This document shows, in pieces, positions 21,473 through 31,437 of a DNA stretch of 64,000 nt. Position numbers and translations under genes: made by a program. Source of the stretch: a virus; IMG/VR virus record IMGVR_UViG_3300036770_002724, positions 1-64,000 of that record. One strand, 5' to 3'. The notes under the pieces were generated by a model. It was not told the DNA's origin. It was given only the letters and a program-made list of their open reading frames with translations, and made no database searches. Each line of letters starts with the position of its first letter. The first letter of the stretch is position 1.

Positions 21473-21502
21473 ACGCTCGCTTCGGTCAGGTGGGAGATCG
21501 TC

Positions 21503-22951
21503 GTGTCTTTCGATACCAAATACCGCCCACCGACCTACGAGGGTGTCCTCGGCCAAGAGGGGACCATCAAGATCCTGCGGGAGTTCGTCCGGCAAGGTAA
21601 GGCCCGGCAGCAGTCTTATCTGTTCGCCGGACCCTACGGCTCCGGTAAGACGACCCTTGGTCGAATCCTGGCGAGGGCACTTCTCTGCTCCGCTCCGACG
21701 CCCGAAGGTGACCCCTGCGACCAGTGCTCTTCCTGTAACTCCCTTCTGACGTTGGGGACGGCGGAGGGCTACGTCGAGGTCGATGCGGCGACTAACTCCG
21801 GCAAGGACCAGATGCGGAAGGTGGTTGAGGAGATCCAGTTCTCGACCTTCAGCGGGCGTCACCGGATCTATCTGTTCGACGAATCCCACCAGTTGTCCAA
21901 GGAAGCCTTGGACGCTATCCTGAAGCCCTTGGAGGAGAACACTCCGGGGTCCACGGACAAGCAGCTAGTCTGTATCTTCTGTACGACCGAGCCAGAGAAG
22001 ATGCGGGCGACGATCCTTTCGCGGTGCGCTCCGGCGTTCGTGGTCCGTCCCGTCGCCCCGGAGAAGATCGCCGCCCGCCTGGCGATGGTCTGCCAGAAGG
22101 AAGGGATCGAATACGACCTCGACCAGTTGAAGCTCGTTGCGGAGATGACTGAGTGCCATATCCGTGATGCCCTCAAGGCTCTGGAGGGCATCGCGATGCT
22201 CGGTCCCGTCAACCGGGACAACGTCGCGGCTTACCTGCACCTCGACCTCAATGGCTTCTACTTCGACATCCTGGAGAACTTGGGTCGAGACATCGCCAAG
22301 GTCATGTCCGCTCTCACGGCGCTCTTGGAGCGCCGTTCCCCGGCGACCTGCTATGAGCGTCTGTCGGAGGAGGCCATGCGGTCGTACCAGGTCGCATTGG
22401 AGGCCATTCGGGTCGAAGCCTACCGTGACGTCCCACGTCTGAAGGCTCTGGCGTCTCAGCACGGGGACAACCTGCTTGCTCTAGCCACCCGGTTTTCTGA
22501 GCGCCCTGCAAGGGCATCAGCAGCCGCCCTGAAGCTCGATCTGCTCCAGCTTCATGCTCAGATGTCCACGGGTCAGGGGCTCGTCATTTCGTCCCCCCCG
22601 GTCAATGTTCCGGCTCTTGTGCCGGTTTCAGTGCAGGTCGCCTCGGCTCCCGTGGCCCTACCTGTCTCACCGTCCCCCGCGTCTCCGTCGCCCTCTGTTG
22701 CGGCTTCTGGGGTATCTTCGCCCCTGAACGGTGGTAGATTGGATCCGCCGACGTCCCATGTGGAGAGCGAGTTCAAGTTTTCGGAGAAGGCGAAGAAGCG
22801 GAAGCCCGCTCCGGCGTCAGAGCCTTCTCCCTCGGAGGGCTCTTCGGAGTTCAACACCACCGAATTCTGCTGGCTCCTGGCCCGGCGGGTCCGAGAACTA
22901 AGCGAGGGTGCTCTTGGACCAGCGAGACACCCAAACGTGGATAGCCCTTGA
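21503..22951 (+). CDS. dnaX: DNA polymerase III gamma/tau clamp-loader ATPase
   Basis: GPYGSGKTT, C-x-PCDQCSSC Zn module, EVDAA, FDESHQLS, ILSRC; Pro/Ser-rich tail. Confidence 0.93.
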   Translation: MSFDTKYRPPTYEGVLGQEGTIKILREFVRQGKARQQSYLFAGPYGSGKTTLGRILARALLCSAPTPEGDPCDQCSSCNSLLTLGTAEGYVEVDAATNSGKDQMRKVVEEIQFSTFSGRHRIYLFDESHQLSKEALDAILKPLEENTPGSTDKQLVCIFCTTEPEKMRATILSRCAPAFVVRPVAPEKIAARLAMVCQKEGIEYDLDQLKLVAEMTECHIRDALKALEGIAMLGPVNRDNVAAYLHLDLNGFYFDILENLGRDIAKVMSALTALLERRSPATCYERLSEEAMRSYQVALEAIRVEAYRDVPRLKALASQHGDNLLALATRFSERPARASAAALKLDLLQLHAQMSTGQGLVISSPPVNVPALVPVSVQVASAPVALPVSPSPASPSPSVAASGVSSPLNGGRLDPPTSHVESEFKFSEKAKKRKPAPASEPSPSEGSSEFNTTEFCWLLARRVRELSEGALGPARHPNVDSP

Positions 22952-23453
22952 ACTGAACCGAACGGGGGAGCAGAAGGTTGAGGACGGAACCCTGGAGTCC
23001 TCCCTTCGCTCGGACCTCGGCGTAGATCCCTCTTTTCCGATCTTCATTCCTGCCACGACCTACACCAAGAACAATCGGACCATCACCCTCTATCTCGTGG
23101 AAGGGTATGCCTTCGTGGGCTCCGGGCTCCCTGAAGTCCGGTACTTCGCCCTCGAACGCAAGTCGTATGTCCATCAGGTCGTGTTCACGAAGTCCGGCCC
23201 GCACAAGCTGCGAGTGCCCAGTGTCATCCCCAACTCCCATATCGAGGAGATGCGGCAACGGCTTCGCAAGCTGGTGTCTTCCGACATCGAGATTGGTGCC
23301 ACCGTCAAGGTCACGGATGGCCCCTACAAGGCTCTCGAAGGTCTAGTCTTGGATACTGAGGCTGACCAGGCGATTGTCCAAGTCCGTCTGAGGTCCATTG
23401 ACCTTATCCTCACTATTCCGTTGGTATTTTTGGATGCTCAGATGACCGATTGA
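22908..23453 (+). CDS. NusG/RfaH-like transcription elongation factor (NGN + KOW)
   Basis: WIALEL, VEGYAFV NGN motif, IGATVKVTDGPYKALEGLV KOW motif. Confidence 0.8.
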   Translation: MLLDQRDTQTWIALELNRTGEQKVEDGTLESSLRSDLGVDPSFPIFIPATTYTKNNRTITLYLVEGYAFVGSGLPEVRYFALERKSYVHQVVFTKSGPHKLRVPSVIPNSHIEEMRQRLRKLVSSDIEIGATVKVTDGPYKALEGLVLDTEADQAIVQVRLRSIDLILTIPLVFLDAQMTD

Positions 23454-23529
23454 CCCCTCTCATGGGTTGGGCCTACGTTTGTGCCCTGCCCCACTCGACT
23501 TCTTGCGCTGCTTTTTCCGGAGGGTCTGC

Positions 23530-24150
23530 ATGATTTCCTTGGAGAATTCGGCGTGGTCGGGCCATCAGTTCATTGACCCAAACGAGATTGAGTCTCGTTT
23601 TAGTGTCGAGGACGGGATGGCTTTCATGGACTCCATCTTTGAGGAGCCTTCGGAGGAGTCTCAGTCGAAGATGAAGCGGGTCAAAGAGGTCTTGGAGAAC
23701 CTCCCGCCTCGCGAGGCAGATTTCATCGACCTCTACTACTTCAGGCAGATCAAGCAGACGGACATCGCACGCCTTTTCGGGGTGTCTCAGCCTACCGTGT
23801 GCTATCGGCTTCAGCGTGCGACGGCGCGAATCCAGTTTCTTTTGGAGCTTCCTCACATCGAGGCCGACCAGATGGAGCAAGACCTCACCGGCTTCCTGTC
23901 TGATCCCCTAGACGTGCAGATTATGATCCTCATGTGGAGGACCACCTGCCAGTCAGAAGTCGCCAAGCGATTGGGGGTCAGTCAGGGGCTTGTGCGACAC
24001 CGCTTCATTCGGTCTCTCAAGCGGATGAAGAACAATCAGAAGCTCGTCCTCTACGTTTCCCTGTTCGATAGCATCCAAGAGAACCTGAACATTTTGCGCG
24101 AGGTTCAGCGACCCGCAGGCGAACGGAACATCACTCACTACATCGCCTGA
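23530..24150 (+). CDS. Protein with two tandem sigma70 region-4-like HTH domains
   Basis: LPPREADFIDLYY..IKQTDIARLFGVSQPTV..RL and QSEVAKRLGVSQGLVRHR; ATG 23530 with GGAGGG. Confidence 0.75.
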   Translation: MISLENSAWSGHQFIDPNEIESRFSVEDGMAFMDSIFEEPSEESQSKMKRVKEVLENLPPREADFIDLYYFRQIKQTDIARLFGVSQPTVCYRLQRATARIQFLLELPHIEADQMEQDLTGFLSDPLDVQIMILMWRTTCQSEVAKRLGVSQGLVRHRFIRSLKRMKNNQKLVLYVSLFDSIQENLNILREVQRPAGERNITHYIA

Positions 24151-24163
24151 TCTCGCAGGTCGC

Positions 24164-24176
24164 TAACTCGTCTATC
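24164..24176 (+). promoter_or_regulatory. Representative TAR-N4-YCTAT candidate late promoter
   Basis: Same spacing at 28474, 56761, 59864, each intergenic and upstream of virion genes. Confidence 0.45.
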
Positions 24177-24193
24177 CCCTTCCCTTCTTAGAC

Positions 24194-24511
24194 ATGCCAA
24201 AAGCGCCTCCAGATCGGGAACGTCGCGTCGTGATGGCGAAGCGCGTGGCCGAAAAGTGGCTCCGCCGCACGGCCAAGGCGGAGTACCGTTTTGAGGTTTT
24301 GGCTGGGCCGACGGATCTCCGAAACATCCCCAACATGCTTCGGGCCTTTCGAGACGGGAAAGTTGCGATGAGGGGTATCCCTCGCATCTCCGATCTCGGG
24401 ATTCAGGAGCAGGGGGACACGCTCGCTCTATGGTCCAGAGATCGAAAGGCCGTCTTGGCTCTCAAGAACTGGTTTGAGGCGCGTGGTTTTGAGACCTCGG
24501 GAGTCTGGTAG
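24194..24511 (+). CDS. Small basic protein, probable virion/cargo
   Basis: KRVAEKWL motif; first gene after a TAA-N4-TCTATC site. Confidence 0.7.
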   Translation: MPKAPPDRERRVVMAKRVAEKWLRRTAKAEYRFEVLAGPTDLRNIPNMLRAFRDGKVAMRGIPRISDLGIQEQGDTLALWSRDRKAVLALKNWFEARGFETSGVW

Positions 24512-24927
24512 TGAACAGACGCTCTGCCTCCCATGTAGGGGGCTCCAAGTATCGGTATGCGTCCGAAGACCAAGAGCTTCGCGGACGTATCATCCGCCTG
24601 GCCTATGCTCGCCCTGAGCTAAGGTCACAGCTTCTACCGCTGGTTCTGGAGGGGCGCCCGGCCTCGGGCAAACAGGCTGACCTTCAGCTTCTCGCTGGTC
24701 GCGCTTGGACCCAAGGACAAGTGTACGGACCTCCCTACACGGATGTCAAGTACAGAACCAAACCCCCGACGAATCGCGGAACGAAGAAGTGCTGGTACAA
24801 GCTCCCCGAAGGAGAGCGTTCAGAGCGAAGTCGCTGTTACGTCAAACGGAACATCCCGAACTCGGGGAACAAGACCGAATACAACCGGAAGTGGCGACAG
24901 ATGAACCTGGAGCGGCGTAAGGGATAA
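24511..24927 (+). CDS. Small basic protein with LRxxIIRLAxxxPELRxxLLPL motif
   Basis: Stop/start overlap; motif shared with 63337..63693. Confidence 0.7.
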   Translation: MNRRSASHVGGSKYRYASEDQELRGRIIRLAYARPELRSQLLPLVLEGRPASGKQADLQLLAGRAWTQGQVYGPPYTDVKYRTKPPTNRGTKKCWYKLPEGERSERSRCYVKRNIPNSGNKTEYNRKWRQMNLERRKG

Positions 24928-24930
24928 CTT

Positions 24931-25617
24931 ATGGTCCTGTCAAGAGTCCAGACCCTATACACCTTCCGGTCGGCTTCCGGCGGAGTGGACTACTACTTCG
25001 ACATGACCGTGGACGCTCTCGGTCAAGTCGAAGCCAAGAACTTTCGGAGTCCTCTTGGGCTCATCCGCGACCCCGTTACCGGCTTGCCCAGGGCTGTCCT
25101 CGACGACATGCTGGACGCCCGCGAGATCGTCCGCCAGCTAGGAACTGAGACCAACGTCGCGAGCGGAACTCTCGTCTTCAACGGGGTCACTTCCGTCAAC
25201 GGTTCCATCTTGCCCGGAACCCTGAACAACACCAGCTACCGGGTGGCGTACACGACGCCTGACGGGACAGTCCTCCGCACGACCAACCAAACGACCACCA
25301 GCTTCACGGCGGTCGCTCCGACGACATACGGGACCGTAGCGGCTCCGATTTCTGTCCCCTACGTCGTCCTAGTCGCGACCCTTCAAGCAAGCACGACCAG
25401 CGGACTTCTCACGTTCATCCCGGCAGACAACAGCATCCGGAACGTCGCCTTCACCCAAGCGTTCACGACGGACGAATACCGGGTTGTCCTGACGCCTTCA
25501 GATTTCTTTGTCGCTCGGGTGACCAACAAGACCCGCTCCGGCTTTTCCGTCGAGCTAGGCTATACGCTGGGAGCAGCAGAGAGCGTGACCGTCGGTTACG
25601 ACGTGTTCGTGGGGTGA
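24931..25617 (+). CDS. Beta-rich virion structural protein
   Basis: Thr/Val-rich; C-terminal VAFTQAF..DEYRVVLTP domain similar to the end of the next gene. Confidence 0.65.
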   Translation: MVLSRVQTLYTFRSASGGVDYYFDMTVDALGQVEAKNFRSPLGLIRDPVTGLPRAVLDDMLDAREIVRQLGTETNVASGTLVFNGVTSVNGSILPGTLNNTSYRVAYTTPDGTVLRTTNQTTTSFTAVAPTTYGTVAAPISVPYVVLVATLQASTTSGLLTFIPADNSIRNVAFTQAFTTDEYRVVLTPSDFFVARVTNKTRSGFSVELGYTLGAAESVTVGYDVFVG

Positions 25618-25621
25618 ACCT

Positions 25622-26857
25622 ATGGTACAGGATCCCTTCCGTGTAGATCAGCTTCGCATCCGACCGGAGGCTGCGTCCCTCATTCGCATCTACGACGTTT
25701 CTGGAGATTTGGCTTTTCAGGATGCCTCAACGGTCGGGACGCTGTTCCGCGATCTCGCGGGTCTAGCCCTGGCCAACCTCTACACCGTCGGGACGGGACT
25801 CGGGGCGGGATACTCGACCATCCAGTCGGCGCTCGATGCGGTCCCTTCCTCATCTAGCCCGACCAACCCCTACGTCATCCTTGTCGGTCCCGGTCAGTAT
25901 CAGGAGACGGTCACGGTCGTTCGCGATGGGGTCACCATCATCGGTTGGGGGGCGCTGCTACAGTCTGCCGCCGAGGCCAACCCGGACGGGCCGGGGGCGT
26001 TCCACACCCTCGTCATCGAAGAAGGTCTAGGGACCATTCCGAGGAACGTCCTCATCCAAGGGCTTACCATCACCAACGCACATACCGGGTACGCCTGCGT
26101 TCGGATCGACGGCGGCGCCGGGTCCGAGGTCGGTCTGGGCGGGATCACCCTTCTGGATTGCACCCTTCGCGCGACGTCGCCCACCAGCAACCGACCGATC
26201 TCGGCATCCTCCATGAACAACCTCGTTGTCCAAGGGGGGTCGATGACCGGGAGCAACGCAACTGCCCTGGTCTACGTCGAGGAGTGCGCGAGCGTTCGGT
26301 TCGATGGGGTTCGTGACATCCCGGCGGTCCAACTGGACTACGACTCGGGCGGGAACCTGCCGTCCCTCTTCGGTTCTTCTTACGCCCTGATCGGATGTCC
26401 GAGCCTTGGTGAGACGTCGTCCCTTCTCCCCCCGGTCAGTTCGACGTTGAGCGGGCTAGGCTCGCTTCTCATGGTGGGCTGTACGGGCGGAGCGGACGTG
26501 ATCATGGACGGGGACCGGACTCTGGAAGTCCGCAACTCAGCCATCGGGGATCTGACGCTCAATGGGACCACGGCGGCGACGCTCATCGCGACGTCGAGGG
26601 GGACGGCGACGGGGGCTACGGCGACCTTGGCAGAGCCTCTCCTACAGGGGGTGGCTACGTTCATCGCGGCGAGCACTGTCAGCGTGACGTTCAATCCGGA
26701 TCAACCAGACGACAACTACCAGGTTGTCCTGACGCCTCTGGCGACCACGTCAGATCAGATCCCTTGGATTTCTGCCAAGGCGGCTACCGGATTCACCATC
26801 AACTTCTCGGGTGCTCAGAGCATGAGCGTCGATTGGTCCGTCATTCGACGGGTTTGA
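25622..26857 (+). CDS. Fibre/spike-like protein with pectin-lyase-like (beta-helix) entry motif
   Basis: YSTIQSALDAV...VILVGPGQYQE; C-terminal VTFNPDQPDDNYQVVLTP. Confidence 0.65.
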   Translation: MVQDPFRVDQLRIRPEAASLIRIYDVSGDLAFQDASTVGTLFRDLAGLALANLYTVGTGLGAGYSTIQSALDAVPSSSSPTNPYVILVGPGQYQETVTVVRDGVTIIGWGALLQSAAEANPDGPGAFHTLVIEEGLGTIPRNVLIQGLTITNAHTGYACVRIDGGAGSEVGLGGITLLDCTLRATSPTSNRPISASSMNNLVVQGGSMTGSNATALVYVEECASVRFDGVRDIPAVQLDYDSGGNLPSLFGSSYALIGCPSLGETSSLLPPVSSTLSGLGSLLMVGCTGGADVIMDGDRTLEVRNSAIGDLTLNGTTAATLIATSRGTATGATATLAEPLLQGVATFIAASTVSVTFNPDQPDDNYQVVLTPLATTSDQIPWISAKAATGFTINFSGAQSMSVDWSVIRRV

Positions 26858-26870
26858 AGCGAGGTCTAAC

Positions 26871-27467
26871 GTGTCGAACTCCAAGCTATTTGAGCGTTTC
26901 GCCCAAGAAGCCCCCAACTCGTTTTGGGAGGACATGGGGACTGCGTTCACCGTTGACTCGGCTATTGATACGGTTCTCCAAGCCAACACCCTTGAGGGTC
27001 CACGCGCGACTTCGGTACGGGCGCTTACTGACCGATCTGCGTCGGATGCCGTCTCTCTTCCCCTACCTTCAGGGACGCGGGTGAAGTTTGTCGCGAGTCT
27101 GGCCTCGGTCCTGAGCTACTCCGACATTCCTTCCGGGGACATGGAGGGGACCATCATCAAGGTCAAGACCGCCGAGGGGAAGATCACCCATCGGGAGGGC
27201 CGTGCTTTCGTCCTTTGGGATGACGGCAAGTTCCGCCCCGTGCTGGCCGAGCATCTTCGCCGGGCCTCTCCCCGGAAGCGCATGGCAACTGCGGTTCGCA
27301 TGACGGTCGCCAATCTGGGGGACATCTCAGGCATCTTCAAGGCTGCGAACGGGGATGAGCTGATCCACAAAGCGACTCGCGATCTCTGGTCGTTCCGCCA
27401 AGACAAGAACGGTTCCTTCGTTATTGAGCGACTGTTCGATGATGAGGGTAAGCCGCTGAAGGTGTGA
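26871..27467 (+). CDS. Hypothetical virion protein
   Basis: GTG with GAGGT SD; tight packing in the structural module. Confidence 0.7.
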   Translation: MSNSKLFERFAQEAPNSFWEDMGTAFTVDSAIDTVLQANTLEGPRATSVRALTDRSASDAVSLPLPSGTRVKFVASLASVLSYSDIPSGDMEGTIIKVKTAEGKITHREGRAFVLWDDGKFRPVLAEHLRRASPRKRMATAVRMTVANLGDISGIFKAANGDELIHKATRDLWSFRQDKNGSFVIERLFDDEGKPLKV

Positions 27468-27468
27468 T

Positions 27469-28443
27469 ATGACCTCCCCGTTCGCCAGGAAGATCGCCGC
27501 TCGCTATCAGGTTCGTCTGATCGCCCGGGAGGTCTATGCCGCTTCCCGACCGTTGCAGAGTCGGACTGCGGGCTTGCAGCATTTCACCGTCGATGTTCTT
27601 GAAGCCTTTGGTCAAGGGTTCGTGGAGCCTCTTTCCAAGGGTCGGATTGCAGCGTCTTTGGTCACCCGCAAGCTGAAAAACTTGGTGTCTCTTTTTTCCA
27701 AGGTGCCCCGGCTGTGGGGTCAGTTGAAGAAAACTCTCCTAAAGGACGCCCCTGACTGGGAGGGTGTCAAGAGCCTTCCTGCGATCATCAAGTGGCTCCC
27801 AAGCAAGATCCATCAACTCATGGTCGATGGGGCGAAGTACGCCTCTCGGTTCATTGATGCTCTGTTCAAGCGTTCGCCTTTCGACTTGTTGGCGGCGGGC
27901 TCGGACAGTCTGCTCTCTGTCAATGGTCTCCTGAATCGAATCCTCGATCATCTGAAGGCCAAGGCCCCCCAGCAGTTCAAGGTCTTTGCCTCCAAGGTAG
28001 GTGGCTACGTCGAGGGCAAAGTTCTTTCCGCAGCCGCTTGGGTCAAGGAGAGTTTCCCTGCACTGGTTGAGGTGGGCTCCAAGGTCTTGAACAACCCCCT
28101 TGTTATCTGGGCTCTCTACTGGTACATCTGGAATCGGGTTCAAGAGTTCGAGTGGGATGCCGCTTCGTTGGCGAAAGCTGCGGTCGGTGCCCTTACGTTT
28201 GAGGATCTATGGGCCTCCCTTCCGGGTTCCGCTATCGGTAAAGTCCTTACGGTCTTGACCGGAGGGGTTCTCGACACCTACGCCCTGCTGCCGTATGCGC
28301 TTTTGGCTCGGATTGCCTTTGCTCTGGCAAGTGGATACCTCCGCTGGAACGGCGGTAAGATCCTTCCTGACTGGGAGCGGCTGGAGTCGACCTTGGGCCT
28401 GAAACCAGACTTCTTTGAGTCTGCTGGTCTTCGATCCGTCTAG
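27469..28443 (+). CDS. Hypothetical protein with hydrophobic C-terminal half (possible membrane segments)
   Basis: N-terminal RKIAARY; LVIWALYWYIW and long apolar stretches. Confidence 0.7.
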   Translation: MTSPFARKIAARYQVRLIAREVYAASRPLQSRTAGLQHFTVDVLEAFGQGFVEPLSKGRIAASLVTRKLKNLVSLFSKVPRLWGQLKKTLLKDAPDWEGVKSLPAIIKWLPSKIHQLMVDGAKYASRFIDALFKRSPFDLLAAGSDSLLSVNGLLNRILDHLKAKAPQQFKVFASKVGGYVEGKVLSAAAWVKESFPALVEVGSKVLNNPLVIWALYWYIWNRVQEFEWDAASLAKAAVGALTFEDLWASLPGSAIGKVLTVLTGGVLDTYALLPYALLARIAFALASGYLRWNGGKILPDWERLESTLGLKPDFFESAGLRSV

Positions 28444-28516
28444 GCTGCGCTCTGGGGGCCTCTAGCCCGTCCCTAGTCCGTCTATACCTCGGACCTTTTG
28501 AGGCCGGAGGCCCTTC

Positions 28517-29164
28517 ATGTCCGCTGAACAAGACGAGACGAAAACGGTTCCTGGGGCTCTTGTGCCGCGTCGGTCGCGGATCAAGACGGCGGGCGAAGTC
28601 CGCTTCATCAAGGATCGAGGCGGGGACTCAAAGGAGTGGGGCTGGGGTTCTCCTGGCCCGTCGCAGCGGGAGCTATCCCCCGGATTTGAGTTCAACCCGA
28701 ATAACATCAAGCCTCTGGCGAAGACGCTGCGAGCTACCCTCATGGCTCTGGGCCACTCCTTGTCAGCGTACACCTTGTTCACTCGACTGAAGTCGGCCAC
28801 GGTATCGCCGGACGGGTCTCTGGGCGGCAAAGGCTACATCCAGAAGATTGCGGATATGCGCCGCCAGTACATGAACTGCGTCGAAGCCTTGTCTGCTCTC
28901 TCGGATACCCTCTATGATGAGATCCATGCTCCTCATTGGAGTCCGGTGATCCGCGATCAGGATCCTCGGGAGCGTGAGCAGGTTCTCGAGATTCTTGACG
29001 GCGTTGAGGAGATTCGCGACGACCCCGAGGAATGGGCCGAGGAAGAGGAACAGGAGCAGGTCGAGAAGCCCAAGAAGACCGCCCGCCGCAAAACCGCTTC
29101 CTTCAATCCGCACGCTAGGTTGGTCTCCAGAGTAGCCAGTCGTTATCTTGGTGAGGACGAGTGA
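28517..29164 (+). CDS. Hypothetical virion protein ending in RVASRYL
   Basis: GGAGG SD; acidic then basic C-terminus. Confidence 0.75.
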   Translation: MSAEQDETKTVPGALVPRRSRIKTAGEVRFIKDRGGDSKEWGWGSPGPSQRELSPGFEFNPNNIKPLAKTLRATLMALGHSLSAYTLFTRLKSATVSPDGSLGGKGYIQKIADMRRQYMNCVEALSALSDTLYDEIHAPHWSPVIRDQDPREREQVLEILDGVEEIRDDPEEWAEEEEQEQVEKPKKTARRKTASFNPHARLVSRVASRYLGEDE

Positions 29165-31437
29165 TGAGCAGCAAGAAATCTTTTGATGACTGGGTTCAGC
29201 ACGTCGGAGAGTCCGCTCTACCGGCGGACGAGTTCACCTTCACCGAGGGGTCCAACTACGGTCTCGACGGCTTCGGCTTCGACAAGCGCATGAACGAGGG
29301 TGTCTTGGATGGTGCTCGCCTTCCTTCGGTGAAGGGTCTCTCTGGCTTGCCTGACGGATTCGTCGCCCCTCCCGCAGCTTCTGACCTTCCCAATGACGAC
29401 CTCACGAGTGAGCGTCATGCTTTCAATCTGAGCACCATGCTCTCCGAGGAAGAGGGGGCACTCCACCTTTCCCCAGAGGTCAAGGCTGCCGCTCAGGTGG
29501 TAGACCTATCCTGGCTAGATCCGACTCAGAAGCAGGATCCGAGGCGGCTGCCAAAGGGTCTGCGCCCTGAGATTGAGAACGCCAACGCTTCGATCAAGGA
29601 GCTTGAAGAAGCCTGGGGTGCAGGAAAACAGACGACCGGCTTGGAGCTTGTCCCTAATACGAACGAGCAGGAGGCCACCCAGTACAAGCGGGAGGTGGCT
29701 CTTGGACCCAAGTCCGGTCAACCGGGGGCTAAAAAAGCCAGTACAGAGGACATCCGGGACGTTGTCCTGCACGCCATGCGTCGGTCAGCGTTCGGTCACT
29801 CCCTGCCTGAGATCAAGACCGAAGTCGCCTTGCTGCTAGGGCAAGATGCCGTCCGGGCTAAAAAGGCGATGGAGTTGATCGAGTCCGAGCATGGGCTTGC
29901 GGGCAAGGTCTTCATCCGTGCTTCTGCTTTCCCAGGCATCAAGAATGGACGTTGGGTCAAGGAAATCCGCAAAGCAGCGCGGACGGCCCGATATGTCATC
30001 ACGGATGACCCTGCGGTCGCGGACAAGCTGAAGATGACGGCGGTTTCCGAGGTCCCTTGGAAGCAGGCTCTCGCGAAGTACCGACCCGCCCTTCAGTCTG
30101 CGGGTTACAAGCTCGCGAGTCAGGGATCCCCGCAGGACATCCTCAAGGCGGCGTTCGCGGATGGTCCCGAGGCCGCTCCCTCTCCTGAAGGATTCAAGCC
30201 CATCGACGTCAAGCCCGCCGATAGGGTGACCGCTGCTGAAGCCAAGGAGGGCTTCTACGCTACTCCGGTCGAGGAGCGTGAAGTTGTTGATCCTTCCGCG
30301 AATCGGAAAGCCTCCGAGCGACGAGAGGCTCTGGTTCAGATCGCCCGATGGGTGAAGGCGGGCCTCCTGGAGCAAGAGGACGCCCTGAAGTTGCAGGCGT
30401 CCAAGGCTTCGGCGGAGATGATCCTCAAGACGGGGGCGCGTCTGGTGGCGGCTTCTGGTCGTCCTGTTCCTTATCAGGGGACGGGGACTTTCCAGTTCGC
30501 TGTGCCGAAGGCCGCATCCGTCACTCGCGATGAGGCTTGGGCCGCTCTCCGCACCGCCGAGGACAAGGCGACTAAACAGGCTCAGGACATCGAATCACAT
30601 CGTCTCCACAAGTTCAAGGTCCACGTTGCCCGGATGGTGCGCGGGGGTCTGCTGACCAAGAAAGAAGCCCGTCATCTCGTCGGTCTTGATCAGCCTGTGG
30701 ATACCCTGTACCGATTGGCTTCCAAGGTTGCCAGTCGGCGTGACCGTTCCGAGGGCGAGGTTGTTCGAGTCCAGAAGGCTGCCTCGTACAAGGGTCCGGT
30801 CTTCAAGGGGGCGTCGTCTCGTCGAGCCCAGGAGACCACGCTGTCCGAAGAGGAGCGCCAGATTCTTGCAGCAGCGGAGGAGGCTGGTGAGAAGGCTCAG
30901 AACATCACCAAGGTACTTCGCTTCGCCCGGCAGCAGATGACCGAAGGAATGGCAGGGCACCACTTGGACGCGATGCTAGAGGCCAAGTTCGCCAAGCCTC
31001 TACGCAAGGCTTCCTCCAGCTTGTTGCGCGTTCTGAGGGATGAGCACGAGGGCTTGGCGGGCCATCTCTATGTGGACGCCGAGGCGTACATGTCGAAGAC
31101 GGGCACGGCAGGCTGCGAGGAAGGCGCCCTCAAGCACAGGACGAACGGAATCAAGTACGTCTTGGCGGCAGATCGCTGCTCCGGATGTATCCACGTTTCC
31201 GCAGGGAACTGCAAGGTCTACAAGAAGGCCCTGGCCGTAGAGATCCCGACGAAAGACCCCAAGGCTTATCAGCGCAAGATGCTCGCCGCAACCAAGGCCA
31301 CGGACGCAGAGGTCACGGCGAGCTACTTCGATCAATCGGAGTACGACCTCGGCTCGCCCTTGGATGACTTCGACCTTGATGGCGTTGCCTCGACTGAGAC
31401 GCTCGGAGAGATTCTTTTCGGGGAGATGGAAGTATGA
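29161..31437 (+). CDS. Large hypothetical virion protein with C-terminal Cys cluster
   Basis: 758-aa ORF; C..C..C...C near C-terminus; several K-x-A linkers. Confidence 0.8.
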   Translation: MMSSKKSFDDWVQHVGESALPADEFTFTEGSNYGLDGFGFDKRMNEGVLDGARLPSVKGLSGLPDGFVAPPAASDLPNDDLTSERHAFNLSTMLSEEEGALHLSPEVKAAAQVVDLSWLDPTQKQDPRRLPKGLRPEIENANASIKELEEAWGAGKQTTGLELVPNTNEQEATQYKREVALGPKSGQPGAKKASTEDIRDVVLHAMRRSAFGHSLPEIKTEVALLLGQDAVRAKKAMELIESEHGLAGKVFIRASAFPGIKNGRWVKEIRKAARTARYVITDDPAVADKLKMTAVSEVPWKQALAKYRPALQSAGYKLASQGSPQDILKAAFADGPEAAPSPEGFKPIDVKPADRVTAAEAKEGFYATPVEEREVVDPSANRKASERREALVQIARWVKAGLLEQEDALKLQASKASAEMILKTGARLVAASGRPVPYQGTGTFQFAVPKAASVTRDEAWAALRTAEDKATKQAQDIESHRLHKFKVHVARMVRGGLLTKKEARHLVGLDQPVDTLYRLASKVASRRDRSEGEVVRVQKAASYKGPVFKGASSRRAQETTLSEEERQILAAAEEAGEKAQNITKVLRFARQQMTEGMAGHHLDAMLEAKFAKPLRKASSSLLRVLRDEHEGLAGHLYVDAEAYMSKTGTAGCEEGALKHRTNGIKYVLAADRCSGCIHVSAGNCKVYKKALAVEIPTKDPKAYQRKMLAATKATDAEVTASYFDQSEYDLGSPLDDFDLDGVASTETLGEILFGEMEV

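Noticed and set aside
21503-22951. Programmed frameshift producing gamma and tau forms of DnaX
   Set aside because: No A AAA AAG slippery site or poly-A tract seen in the gene
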